Positions 1-9,481 of a stretch of 62,007 nucleotides of DNA are shown one piece after another. The notes under the pieces are model-generated. The model had not been told where the DNA came from, did not search any database, and saw only the letters and a program-made list of their open reading frames with translations. This stretch comes from Candidatus Omnitrophota bacterium (GTDB lineage Bacteria > Omnitrophota > Gorgyraeia > Duberdicusellales > 4484-171): the NCBI GenBank assembly GCA_020352775.1, contig CP070684.1:1198795-1260801 (forward strand), given 5' to 3'. The first letter of the stretch is position 1. The number at the start of each line of letters is the position of its first letter. Made by a program: the position numbers and the translations under genes.

Positions 1-1
1 A

Positions 2-1990
2 TGGCAGAGATTAGTTAAAGGGCTAGATAATTCTTTTCCACTATCAGACCTTGCAGCAGGCATTAATGGTAATAATGCTGTTTTGCTTCTTTCGTCTGTA
101 GGAGATGGCATTTATAAATCAGTAGATGGCGGGTCTTCTTGGTGCAAGGCCAATGAAGGCCTATCCTCTTTAAATATACTAAAAATATGTTTTTTCCCAG
201 GTAGTGATAAGATTGCTTTTAGTATTTCAAAAGAAGGAGATTTATTTAAGACAATTAATGCCGGGGAATCTTGGAGTAAAGTTTCAGATGTGACGGGAAT
301 TACAGCTATTACCTTTAGTTTACAACATCTTGACAATATTCTGATAAGCGATAATGCAGGGTCAATTTTTTTATCAAATAATTGTGGAGTAAGCTGGGAA
401 AAGATAGCATCTTTAGGTGAGGTTTCTATTCAGAGCTTGTCCTTTGATCTGAGAGATACGTCAGAACAATCATTTTTTGTCGGAACAAAAAACAATGGGC
501 TGTTAAATGTGGTTTCGGGAACCATTAATTCTTGTCGTGATGCGGGTGTCTCGGATGTCTGGATTAGGAAGATATCGACCATATATAAAAATGGACAATA
601 CAAGATTTTTGTTTTGGGGGCAAATGAAGGCTTATTTGTGTCCGAAGACTCAGGTAAAACCTGGAAAAAAAGGGTTAGAGGGTTGACAAGAGATTTGCAA
701 GCAGAAGAGCCGAAATACAATTCTTCTCATTTTATTGACATGGAGATATCCTCGAACTTTATTAGAGATAGCTTTTTATTAGTAGGTGGATTTGATGGGA
801 TGTTTTGTTCAACTAACGCAGGTAAGACATGGAACGAACCTCCGAGTCTTCCTGAGCGCTCAGTGGTTGGATTGTCGGTTTTGGCTCAGGAAGGTACTAA
901 ATATATAGCTGTAATAAATTATATGGCCTCTGCCTGTTTGAGTGAAGATGGAGGTAATAGTTGGAAGAATATTGCATGGGATTTTAAATATCCACAATAC
1001 AAAGAAGATAAGATGGATCTAAAGAGGTTTAGTATAAGGCAACCACGATTTTATGATGTATGTTTTTCTCCTGATTTTAAGAACGATAAGATTATTTTTG
1101 TGAGTTTGATATACGGTGTATTCAGGTCAGAAAATAAAGGGGTGAAGTGGAAGTCAGTTTTACAACCAACAGGGAAAGAAAATCTTGTACGCTGTACGGT
1201 CGTAGCTGCCTCTCCAGAGTTCAAAAATGATAATACAGTTTTTGCTTTTACACAACAGGGCCACGTATATAAGTCAAAAAACAAGGGTATAAGTTTTGAT
1301 CAAATATCTTTTATAGGGAATCAGAAAGGTAACGGTTCTCCTTCATTGGTTGTTTCTTCCGGATACGCTAAAGACAGGACGCTATTTGCTACGGGTCCGG
1401 AGGGAGTGTATAGGTCTGAGGATGCTGGTAATAGTTGGACACGTGTTAGTAGCGAAAAGTTTATGCGATTGAGCGATTACCGTTTGGCCATAGCACCTGC
1501 ATACGGAAAAAACGGCACGTTATTAGTAGGGACCAATTGGGGGTTATTTGTTACTAAGGATAGAGGTCAAAGTTGGACACAATGTTCATTTGAAGGGAGT
1601 AAGGATATTTGGATCAAGGGTATAGCCTTCTCCCCTTGTTATGAGGATGATAGAACGTTTCTGGCAAGCATTAAGGGAAGAGGCCTTTTTAAGACAGATG
1701 ATGGAGGAAAAAACTTTAGAAAGATAGGTGATGATAATCTTTTATTTGGACGCCTTTCGGGACTTGAGTCAGCTTCGATGCCTATAGCTTTTTCTCCCAC
1801 ATATCAAAAAGATAATACTATTTATGCTTTTGGTCTTCCCGAATCAGAATATTTTCGTTCAACCGATCGAGGCGAAACATGGGAGAATATGAAAGTCCCA
1901 TATAATCGATTTAATATTCGTGGAGCAGCTGGATTATCTGCAAGATGTTTTAAGTTTTTTATTGACCTCTGCAAAAAATCTATAAAATAG
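2..1990 (+). CDS. BNR/Asp-box repeat beta-propeller protein (sortilin/VPS10- or GH74-like), 5' end outside window
   Basis: The frame is open from nt 2, with no stop upstream of the listed TTG at 83, so the gene starts outside the window. About 12 Asp-box motifs S-x-D-x-G-x-(S/T)-W: SVDGGSSW, TINAGESW, SEDSGKTW, STNAGKTW, SEDGGNSW, SEDAGNSW, TKDRGQSW, STDRGETW. Confidence 0.75.
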   Translation, partial: WQRLVKGLDNSFPLSDLAAGINGNNAVLLLSSVGDGIYKSVDGGSSWCKANEGLSSLNILKICFFPGSDKIAFSISKEGDLFKTINAGESWSKVSDVTGITAITFSLQHLDNILISDNAGSIFLSNNCGVSWEKIASLGEVSIQSLSFDLRDTSEQSFFVGTKNNGLLNVVSGTINSCRDAGVSDVWIRKISTIYKNGQYKIFVLGANEGLFVSEDSGKTWKKRVRGLTRDLQAEEPKYNSSHFIDMEISSNFIRDSFLLVGGFDGMFCSTNAGKTWNEPPSLPERSVVGLSVLAQEGTKYIAVINYMASACLSEDGGNSWKNIAWDFKYPQYKEDKMDLKRFSIRQPRFYDVCFSPDFKNDKIIFVSLIYGVFRSENKGVKWKSVLQPTGKENLVRCTVVAASPEFKNDNTVFAFTQQGHVYKSKNKGISFDQISFIGNQKGNGSPSLVVSSGYAKDRTLFATGPEGVYRSEDAGNSWTRVSSEKFMRLSDYRLAIAPAYGKNGTLLVGTNWGLFVTKDRGQSWTQCSFEGSKDIWIKGIAFSPCYEDDRTFLASIKGRGLFKTDDGGKNFRKIGDDNLLFGRLSGLESASMPIAFSPTYQKDNTIYAFGLPESEYFRSTDRGETWENMKVPYNRFNIRGAAGLSARCFKFFIDLCKKSIK

Positions 1991-2029
1991 AATTATTCCG
2001 ACAATTTAAAAGATACAAAAATATTTTTC

Positions 2030-2587
2030 ATGCTATCTAAAATAAAACAACTGCCAAAAGGAATCATGTTTTTTAGAAAACGAAAGAAGATTTTTGGGGT
2101 GGGCCTTAGCAAGACTGGCATTTCCTCATTGAATGAAGCCCTTAATATTCTTGGTATAAAGTCTATTCATAAGCCGAGAGAACAGTATTTAAGAGAGAAA
2201 GAGAAGGGGTTGCCTTACTTTTCTACAATGAAAGGCTATGAAGGATTTACTGATTTTCCGTGTTGGGCAATCTATAAAGAGTTGGACAAGTTATATCCAA
2301 CAAGTAAATTTATTTTAACTGTCCGAGATCCCGAAAGTTGGTTTGAAAGCAGAAAAAAACATTATAAAAGACGCACAGAAGAAGGGGCTAAGCTTAACTG
2401 GGATATTAGCGAGAACTCTGTGAGCATGATGCTGCAACACAATAAAGAAGTTAAAGAATACTTTAAGGATAGACCGGCCGATCTTTTAATTATTAATATT
2501 ATAGACGGTGAAGGGTGGGAGAAATTATGCCCTTTTTTGGGAAAAAAGATTCCTAAGATTCCTTTTCCCAAAAAAAATGTTGGATAG
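2030..2587 (+). CDS. sulfotransferase family protein (putative)
   Basis: GVGLSKTGISSL resembles the PAPS 5'-phosphosulfate-binding loop of small bacterial sulfotransferases, and the ~180 aa size fits. The internal ATG at 2066 (MFFRKRKK) has a better AAGGA spacing and may be the true start. Confidence 0.5.
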   Translation: MLSKIKQLPKGIMFFRKRKKIFGVGLSKTGISSLNEALNILGIKSIHKPREQYLREKEKGLPYFSTMKGYEGFTDFPCWAIYKELDKLYPTSKFILTVRDPESWFESRKKHYKRRTEEGAKLNWDISENSVSMMLQHNKEVKEYFKDRPADLLIINIIDGEGWEKLCPFLGKKIPKIPFPKKNVG

Positions 2588-2632
2588 ATAGATTATGCTT
2601 ATCTTTATTCATTCTTTGCAATCATTTTGAAT

Positions 2633-4063
2633 ATGACCCCGAAAATTTTCCTATCTATTTTAAGTGGTGTAATTACAGGTTTAGGCTTTAATCATTCTGT
2701 GTTTTCGCTTCTAGTTTGGATTTCTTTGGTTCCGTTTCTTTTTGTCATATCACAGAGCACTTTTAAAAAGGGCATTTTTTACAGTTTTCTTTTTGGGCTT
2801 AGCTTTTTTGGTACAGTATTATTTTGGGTCGGTAACGTAACAAAGCTGGGGCTTGTATTTCTTATTATTTATCTTTCTTTATATCCGATGCTATTTTTTA
2901 TTTTGGCAAGGTATTTTTTTAAAAAGCCTTTTAGAATGGTTACTTTAGCATCTCTTTGGGTGATTATAGAGTTTTTACAAGAACATATTTGGTGCGGTTT
3001 TGGATGGGCTAATTTAGGGTATTCTCAGTACCGCAACACCCCTCTTATTCAGATTGCTGATATCGCAGGCGTAAAATTTATTTCATTTCTTATTGTAATG
3101 GTTAATGCATTTATGTGGGAGTCATTATTTAAGAAGCGTACCGTGGCTAAAAAAGTAATTCCTATTATTCTAATTTTTTTAGCGGTGTTTTCATATTCTG
3201 TTTTTCGGTTGCAGAATCTCAAAGAACAAGATTCTTTAGAGGTATCTTTGGTGCAGACAAATATTAGTGAAAGTCAGAAGTGGAAGGAGCCAATGGGATT
3301 TTCTCTTATCGATAAATATCTAACATTGAGCGAGAAAACAGATAAAGATTCTCTTATAATTTTTCCTGAAGCAAGCTGGCCTTTTATCGTGGACGATGAG
3401 GAGTTTAAAGCTTTAAAGGAATTCTCGGCAAAGACAAAAAGAGAACTTCTTATCGGGGCAGTCACAAAAGAAGGTGCAACATTTTATAACGCAGCATTAT
3501 TGTTTAATAAAGAAGGGGAGCTAATAGATCTTTATCGTAAAATAAAACTTGTGCCTTTTGGGGAATATGTACCTTTAAGAAAATATTTGGGATTTATTTC
3601 CGCACTCAATATGATTGGTGATATGAGCCCGGGAAAAGAAATAACCGTCTTTAATTATCAGGAAAAGAAGTTTAGCGTACTTATTTGTTTTGAAGATTTA
3701 TTTCCTCTATATGTTAGGCGCTTCGCTAAGAAAAGCGACTTTTTAATAAACATCACTAATGATGAGTGGTTTGGAGGTGAGCCCGAGGCCAGTCAACATT
3801 TGGGAATTATGTGTCTGCGTGCAGTGGAAAACAGAACTTCAATTGTAAGATGTGCTAATACTGGGATAAGCGGGGTAGTTTCCTTTAAGGGAGAAATTAA
3901 AACTTTGCGCCAAGATAGTAAAGAGATATTTTTTACTAGCATCGGTAATTTCAGAGTGGGGCTGAACAAAGAGGGAAGTTTCTATAATAGAGTCGGAGAT
4001 ATTTTTCCTTTTTTATGTGCTATATTTTTGTTAAGCTGTTGTTGGGTAAAAAATGAAAGATAA
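2633..4063 (+). CDS. lnt: apolipoprotein N-acyltransferase
   Basis: Polytopic N-terminal membrane domain plus a C-terminal CN-hydrolase domain. E/K/C triad contexts are IIFPEASWP, YRKIKLVPFGEYVP and VLICFEDLF. Start is TTG 2627 or ATG 2633. Confidence 0.85.
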   Translation: MTPKIFLSILSGVITGLGFNHSVFSLLVWISLVPFLFVISQSTFKKGIFYSFLFGLSFFGTVLFWVGNVTKLGLVFLIIYLSLYPMLFFILARYFFKKPFRMVTLASLWVIIEFLQEHIWCGFGWANLGYSQYRNTPLIQIADIAGVKFISFLIVMVNAFMWESLFKKRTVAKKVIPIILIFLAVFSYSVFRLQNLKEQDSLEVSLVQTNISESQKWKEPMGFSLIDKYLTLSEKTDKDSLIIFPEASWPFIVDDEEFKALKEFSAKTKRELLIGAVTKEGATFYNAALLFNKEGELIDLYRKIKLVPFGEYVPLRKYLGFISALNMIGDMSPGKEITVFNYQEKKFSVLICFEDLFPLYVRRFAKKSDFLINITNDEWFGGEPEASQHLGIMCLRAVENRTSIVRCANTGISGVVSFKGEIKTLRQDSKEIFFTSIGNFRVGLNKEGSFYNRVGDIFPFLCAIFLLSCCWVKNER

Positions 4064-4928
4064 TTATTACCATTCATCACTAATGATAAGCTGGCTAAGC
4101 ATTGCAGTAAATCTCTTTATTGTCGTTCTGAAATTAATCATTGGAATTATCTCTAATAGTATCGCAGTTATAAGCGATGCGGTACACAGCTTAAGCGATG
4201 TGTTTTCTACAGGAGTAGTCATTACAAGTCTATATGTAGGCAGAAGGCCTGCCGATAAAACCCACCCTTTTGGTCATGGCAGAGCTGAAGATGTGGGAGG
4301 ATTAGTGCTTTCTTTAATTCTTTTGTTTGTTGGTGTTGGGTTTATGAAAGATGCCATACATAGATTGGTTCATCCCCAAGAGGTAAACATAAATTATTTA
4401 TTCATTGCGATTGTTTTTTTAACGATCCCGCTTAAATTATTTTTAGGTATTTTCACGGGACGCGTTGCACGAAGAATCTCTTCCTCGCTCCTTAAAACAG
4501 ATGCTTTTCATCATTACAGTGATTTGCTTACTACCGTGGTCGTGGGCGCGGGACTATTTTTTGTAAGGAAAGGATATTATCGTATAGACTCATTTTTAGG
4601 GATATTTGTATCTTTTTTTATTATTTGGTGGGCGTTCACAACTGCCAAAGGATTTATTGATAATCTTTTAGGAAAACGCGCTCCTCTTCCTCTTTATGGG
4701 AAAGCAAAAAAAATAGCTCTTTCTTTTGAATTTGTAAAAGGAGTACATGGAATAGAAATACATACTTATGGAAGAGAAAGAATCATTTCCTTGCATATAG
4801 AATTAAACCCCGATCTTTCCTTAAAGCAAGCGCATCGGGTGGCAGATAGCATCGAGAAAAAGATTTATAAGGAAGGGTTAGGAAAATGTATTGTTCATGT
4901 TGATCTCTATGGACAAAAGGAGGGGTGA
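4053..4928 (+). CDS. cation diffusion facilitator (CDF) family metal efflux transporter
   Basis: Six hydrophobic helices, HSLSDVFST and HPFGHGRAED motifs, and a C-terminal cytoplasmic domain. The start overlaps the lnt stop by 11 nt. Confidence 0.85.
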   Translation: MKDNYYHSSLMISWLSIAVNLFIVVLKLIIGIISNSIAVISDAVHSLSDVFSTGVVITSLYVGRRPADKTHPFGHGRAEDVGGLVLSLILLFVGVGFMKDAIHRLVHPQEVNINYLFIAIVFLTIPLKLFLGIFTGRVARRISSSLLKTDAFHHYSDLLTTVVVGAGLFFVRKGYYRIDSFLGIFVSFFIIWWAFTTAKGFIDNLLGKRAPLPLYGKAKKIALSFEFVKGVHGIEIHTYGRERIISLHIELNPDLSLKQAHRVADSIEKKIYKEGLGKCIVHVDLYGQKEG

Positions 4929-4929
4929 G

Positions 4930-5418
4930 ATGGAAGTTAAACTTGAAATCGTAAAGGTAGAAAAACCACAAGACCTTAATATCATTATCGGCCAGACGCA
5001 CTTTATCAAGACTGTGGAGGATATGTATGAGACGCTAATAGCGTCTTCACCTACCATAAAATTCGGATTTGCCTTTTGTGAGTCTTCGGCAAAATGTTTG
5101 GTGAGATTCGAAGGTAATGATGAGGAACTTAAAAAAATTGCCGTAGACAACGCCCTTCGCATCGGATGTGGACACATGTTTTTCATCGTTCTTAAAAACG
5201 CTTATCCCATCAACGTGCTGAATCAAATAAAAAATATTCCGGAAGTATGTCGCATCTTTTGTGCCACTGCTAATTCCGTTGAACTCATTATTACTCAAAC
5301 ATCTCAAGGTCGTGGTATCTTGGGAGTAGTTGATGGCTCTTCCCCCAAGGGTGTAGAGAAAGAAGAGGATATTAGGGAGAGAAAAGAGTTGTTGCGGCAG
5401 TTCGGGTATAAACTTTAA
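4930..5418 (+). CDS. adenosine-specific kinase family protein (PF04008-like)
   Basis: Resembles the small, mostly archaeal adenosine-specific kinase family (IIGQTHFIKTVEDMYE, GCGHMFFIVL, GRGILGVVDG). A GGAGG RBS precedes ATG 4930, so the listed 4891 start is probably too far upstream. Confidence 0.55.
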   Translation: MEVKLEIVKVEKPQDLNIIIGQTHFIKTVEDMYETLIASSPTIKFGFAFCESSAKCLVRFEGNDEELKKIAVDNALRIGCGHMFFIVLKNAYPINVLNQIKNIPEVCRIFCATANSVELIITQTSQGRGILGVVDGSSPKGVEKEEDIRERKELLRQFGYKL

Positions 5419-5445
5419 AAATATCGCTAAATTTTTAGGAATAAG

Positions 5446-5473
5446 TTGAGAAAATTAAATCACATAGTATAAT
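5446..5473 (+). promoter_or_regulatory. candidate sigma70 promoter: TTGAGA, 16-nt spacer, TATAAT
   Basis: TTGAGA at 5446..5451 and TATAAT at 5468..5473, 10 nt upstream of ATG 5483. Confidence 0.4.
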
Positions 5474-5482
5474 CCTTTCATT

Positions 5483-6427
5483 ATGAAGAAAGAACAAAGG
5501 AAAATGTTTCGAAGAAGAATTGGGTATTATGCTTTACGCATTTTTACCTTTCTTAATTCGAAAGTTCCCCTAGGTTGGAGCTATTTTATGGGAGCGTCTC
5601 TAGGCACTATTGCCTATGGTACTTTATTTCGTCATCGCCACATTGCACTTGAGTGTTTATCAGTTGCGTTTCCTAAGCTTTCTGTGCGGGAAAGAAAAAG
5701 AATCGCAAGGCATTTTTTTATTTTTCTGGCGCAAGGGTCCTTTGAATGTCTATATTTTCTAAGAAAGCCTAAAATGCTTGATAATATACGCATCGAAGGA
5801 AAAGAGCATTTAGATAAAGCTCTTCAAAATAAAAGAGGGGTTATGATGATTACAGGGCACCTGGGTAATTTCCCTCTTCTGAGTATGAAGTTGGTTCAGG
5901 AAGGGTATCCAGTGCATTTTGTCACCCGGCCCATGAGAGACCCAAAGGCAGGAGATTATCTTCACACTTTACGCACCGCTGCAGGAGTAAAGACTATTTT
6001 TTCTTATCCTCGTAAAGAATGCGTAAATGGAATCATTCAGGCGATGCGTAACAATGAAATAGTTATTATCCAGATGGATCAGAATTTTGGTACCGGAGGA
6101 GTATGGGTAAACTTTTTTGGTAAACTGGCAGCCACTCCAGTAGGTCCGATTGTATTTGCGCTGAGAACCAATGCTTCTATCGTTCCGGCTTATATAGTTA
6201 GAGAATCTATGGGTAAACACTGTGTGAAGATTTTACCTCAGGAAGAACTTATTAAAAAAGAAGATAAAGACGAGACCGTTCTTCTAAATACCATAAAGAT
6301 TAGCCGTATCATTGAGCGCTGGGTAAGAGAATTTCCTTCACAATGGGGTTGGATTCATCGCAGGTGGAAATCCCGTCCTTCCGAGAAAGTCAAGAATTTA
6401 AAGTTTAAAATCGAGAAAAAAGCGTAA
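5483..6427 (+). CDS. lipid A biosynthesis acyltransferase family protein (LpxL/HtrB-type)
   Basis: N-terminal TM helix, ITGHLGNFP (equivalent to the LpxL HxGNWE region), and a C-terminal PSQWGWIHRRWK typical of PF03279 late acyltransferases. Confidence 0.7.
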   Translation: MKKEQRKMFRRRIGYYALRIFTFLNSKVPLGWSYFMGASLGTIAYGTLFRHRHIALECLSVAFPKLSVRERKRIARHFFIFLAQGSFECLYFLRKPKMLDNIRIEGKEHLDKALQNKRGVMMITGHLGNFPLLSMKLVQEGYPVHFVTRPMRDPKAGDYLHTLRTAAGVKTIFSYPRKECVNGIIQAMRNNEIVIIQMDQNFGTGGVWVNFFGKLAATPVGPIVFALRTNASIVPAYIVRESMGKHCVKILPQEELIKKEDKDETVLLNTIKISRIIERWVREFPSQWGWIHRRWKSRPSEKVKNLKFKIEKKA

Positions 6428-6433
6428 AAAACA

Positions 6434-6462
6434 TTGAAAAACCTCCCCCGATTTGATAAAAT
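6434..6462 (+). promoter_or_regulatory. candidate promoter: TTGAAA, 17-nt spacer, extended -10 TGaTAAAAT
   Basis: TTGAAA at 6434..6439, TG at 6454..6455 and TAAAAT at 6457..6462. ATG 6469 follows only 6 nt later with no Shine-Dalgarno. Confidence 0.45.
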
Positions 6463-6468
6463 TTTTCT

Positions 6469-9400
6469 ATGAAGGCTTCCTCTGTAATTTTTATTATATT
6501 ATTTACTTTAGTCTTTATTCCCTTTTCTGTTTTTGCTGCTGCTAGCGATGATTTTTTAGTGGAATTAGGTGAAAGCTATCTAGAGCAAGGTTTTTTGGAA
6601 GATGCCCAGATAGAATTTAGAAAAGCTCTTATCGTAAATCCCGACAATGAAAAGGCAAAAGCATATCTTAAGGAAATCCGCCAGCGCACACTAAAGAAAG
6701 AATTAGGCTCTCTTCTTGAGGATATAGAAGAGAAAGCAAAACTAAAAGCAAGAGAATCCCGCCCTAAGAAAGAGCTTTATCCTGTAAAAAAAGTCGTTGA
6801 GCCAATGCCAGCCCCAATGCCTGAAGGAGCATTTCCAGTTGCCTCTTTTGATCCTTCTACCGGTGAAATCATCGAGATGATGCCTGAGGAAGAAAAAATC
6901 GTTACTAGAGGCCCCTTTCCTGTTGCGGCTTATGACCCCTCTACTGGAGAGATTTATGAAGTAGAAGCTGTTGAGCAAGAGCTAGCACCTGCTCCGTTTC
7001 CTATTGCTTCTTTTGATCCTTATAGTGGAGAAATCGTTGAGGTTAGTGCCAAGCCGAGAAAAGAGAAAGTATCAGTAATATTAGATGAGTTTGCTGAAAA
7101 AGCTGGTGTATTTGTACCTTATAAGGTTAAGAAAGGACCTTTACTTAGAGAAGTGCCACAGGCAACCATCACTGGTGAGTACCAGGCAAGTATAGGTATC
7201 GAAGGAGATGATATAATCTGGCATCGCGCAAACTGGGATTTAAATGAAAAAAATTGGCGTATTTTATCTCACGCAGCATTTGATCGTAAAATTAACACAT
7301 TCGATCCTGGAATATACAATGCCATAAGGTTTGAAGTAGATACGCCTCAAGGTGAGAAAGCAAGTCTTCACGCAGACATCGACATCAGTCCCTGGAGCTT
7401 TATTGGTAAGTCTGACAAAGTAACGGTTATGAGCACTTTCGCTGATGCTGCCGAAGTCCAGCTTAAATACTGGGCAAATACTGGATACACCATAAATGAG
7501 ATTTTTTATTCCGATCTCCTCGGCGATGCTTTTGCCCTGCCTGAAGTTAAAGTATCAGATTGGGAAACTGATCCTGTTACTGCACAAGGAGCTTTTGGGG
7601 TACTTGATGTATGGGCTATTCCTGGTTTAGAGATCGAACGTGAGTACTGGCCTTTAAGAGAGGTATGGTTTGATTATAATACAGAGGGTATTAGTTTACG
7701 ATTATTTCCTGTGGCGTTACAGGATCAGGCTTATACCTCCGATGATATCTTAAGACTTTCCAATAATGCTATGTATTGGGAGGAAAGTCCCTGGTTATCA
7801 AGTTGGACTCCAGGAAATTTTAATTCCTTTGCTGGCCCACCTCCGGATTTTTCCAAAGGTCGTTTTGATGATTCCTTGGCATTTTTTACCAGAAATTCCC
7901 GAGGAGAATTCCTTACTAATTTAAGAGGAATGTCTCTTTCTCTCGGTTCTGATCATACTAGCTGGGATATGGTTGCTGCTTCTCCTAAGACGTTATGGCA
8001 GGATTATGATAGCTTTGATACTTTTGACGGTGCCAGCCGCCTTAAACATAAGTTTGCTGATAATTTTGAGGTGGGGGGAGTTTACACTGCAAAAGCCGGC
8101 TATGAAAAAGGCGAGCGCGATGCCACCATACAGACTGCTGGCGTTGACATGAATCTTGGATTTAATTATGTTACTAAAGTTTCTATGGAAGCAGCTTCTT
8201 CAAAATCTTCCATTGATAGAACTACTCCTTATGAAACTGAAAAACGCGGTAATGCCTGGAAATTCAGATTAGTGCATGCTTCTGAGGGCGATGTTTTTAA
8301 TACTGATTATTTCGGGCTTAAGCCTAAAGGAGATTCAACTCTCCCTTTTTATAAATTGAGATTAGAGTATACCCACATGGATGAGGCATTTGAAACAGGT
8401 CTTTCAAGCTATATCCGTACCAGGGATGATTCTTACTGGTCACGCCATATTCATTTTGGAGAACCATTAGTGTATTTTGGGGCTGGGTTTTATGAGCCGA
8501 CCATTGGCTGGAATGATATTGAGCCTTTTAGATTGGGTGATGGTGTAGATTTTGGAAGAGATGTAGTGGGTTTAAGGATTGAAGGTAATAATTTCTTAGA
8601 TGGTAAATGTGACTGGCTTTTTGATGCACGTAATGTGTATCTTGTAGATGGTGAGTACCTTGAGACTGTTTCCAGATTAGAGTCAACCTATCGGGTTAAT
8701 AACAGGCTCACCACTAAACTGTTAGGTATTTATCATGATAAACCGGATACTGTGGGAGGAATTGATCCTTATGCTATTGATGTAAAGACTGGAAAACCTT
8801 TGCTTAACAGTGTTATCCCCGATGGAGAAGACCCGTCTGTGCGAACATTTTCCGCAGCTGCAGAGTATAAATTAAATGATAATTTTTCTGTGTGGGGGAT
8901 TTGGGAGCACACTAATGACTATTCACTCGCTTATGATAATTTTCCACGCGGGATTCTTAATGGTAGCGGTTTTGGTACTTACTATGAAGATGGTAATATT
9001 TACAGAGAAGAGATTGCTTGGCTTTATGGTCAAGACCTTTTCCCTTTACCTCCTTATGATAGTTACGATATAAGTAAAGCAGGAATGAACTTAAGATTGT
9101 CTGACCAGTTATGTGTAGGGATTGACTGGACTTGTAATGAATACAAGTTTGCCGGCCCAATAGATAATAATATGAATCACAGCGGATTTGAGCTTGAATT
9201 TTCTCCTTCTGAAAAACTATCTTACTTCTTTAAATATGTTTATTCCAGATGGATGGATATCAACCAGATTATCGAAGGGGTACCGGTAGAGTTTGCGGAT
9301 CATCATAATTTTTTTGGAGAGGTCTCTTACAGACCCAATCCTTCTGATGAGTTTATATTGCAGTATGGAGTGTATCCCAGGGGAGTGGTAGGAGAGCTTC

Positions 9401-9480
9401 TTTATGATCCTTATGGAGGAACATTAGCTACATTGGATACTCAACACATGGTAAGGCTATATTATCGTAAAAAGTTTTAA
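6469..9480 (+). CDS. large secreted, outer-membrane beta-barrel-like protein of unknown family
   Basis: Signal peptide MKASSVIFIILFTLVFIPFSVFAAAS, a TPR-like helix pair, a K/E-rich linker and three FP(V/I)A(S/A)(F/Y)DPxxGEI repeats. An ~800 aa aromatic/Gly/Asp-rich region follows, ending ...RLYYRKKF with a terminal Phe as in OMPs. No family recognised. Confidence 0.6.
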   Translation: MKASSVIFIILFTLVFIPFSVFAAASDDFLVELGESYLEQGFLEDAQIEFRKALIVNPDNEKAKAYLKEIRQRTLKKELGSLLEDIEEKAKLKARESRPKKELYPVKKVVEPMPAPMPEGAFPVASFDPSTGEIIEMMPEEEKIVTRGPFPVAAYDPSTGEIYEVEAVEQELAPAPFPIASFDPYSGEIVEVSAKPRKEKVSVILDEFAEKAGVFVPYKVKKGPLLREVPQATITGEYQASIGIEGDDIIWHRANWDLNEKNWRILSHAAFDRKINTFDPGIYNAIRFEVDTPQGEKASLHADIDISPWSFIGKSDKVTVMSTFADAAEVQLKYWANTGYTINEIFYSDLLGDAFALPEVKVSDWETDPVTAQGAFGVLDVWAIPGLEIEREYWPLREVWFDYNTEGISLRLFPVALQDQAYTSDDILRLSNNAMYWEESPWLSSWTPGNFNSFAGPPPDFSKGRFDDSLAFFTRNSRGEFLTNLRGMSLSLGSDHTSWDMVAASPKTLWQDYDSFDTFDGASRLKHKFADNFEVGGVYTAKAGYEKGERDATIQTAGVDMNLGFNYVTKVSMEAASSKSSIDRTTPYETEKRGNAWKFRLVHASEGDVFNTDYFGLKPKGDSTLPFYKLRLEYTHMDEAFETGLSSYIRTRDDSYWSRHIHFGEPLVYFGAGFYEPTIGWNDIEPFRLGDGVDFGRDVVGLRIEGNNFLDGKCDWLFDARNVYLVDGEYLETVSRLESTYRVNNRLTTKLLGIYHDKPDTVGGIDPYAIDVKTGKPLLNSVIPDGEDPSVRTFSAAAEYKLNDNFSVWGIWEHTNDYSLAYDNFPRGILNGSGFGTYYEDGNIYREEIAWLYGQDLFPLPPYDSYDISKAGMNLRLSDQLCVGIDWTCNEYKFAGPIDNNMNHSGFELEFSPSEKLSYFFKYVYSRWMDINQIIEGVPVEFADHHNFFGEVSYRPNPSDEFILQYGVYPRGVVGELLYDPYGGTLATLDTQHMVRLYYRKKF
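6832..7044 (+). repeat. three tandem 27-28 codon coding repeats (FPVASFDPSTGEIIE / FPVAAYDPSTGEIYE / FPIASFDPYSGEIVE)
   Basis: Read directly from the translation of 6469..9480, aa 122-192. The DNA copies are diverged, so this is not a recent duplication. Confidence 0.8.
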
Positions 9481-9481
9481 A

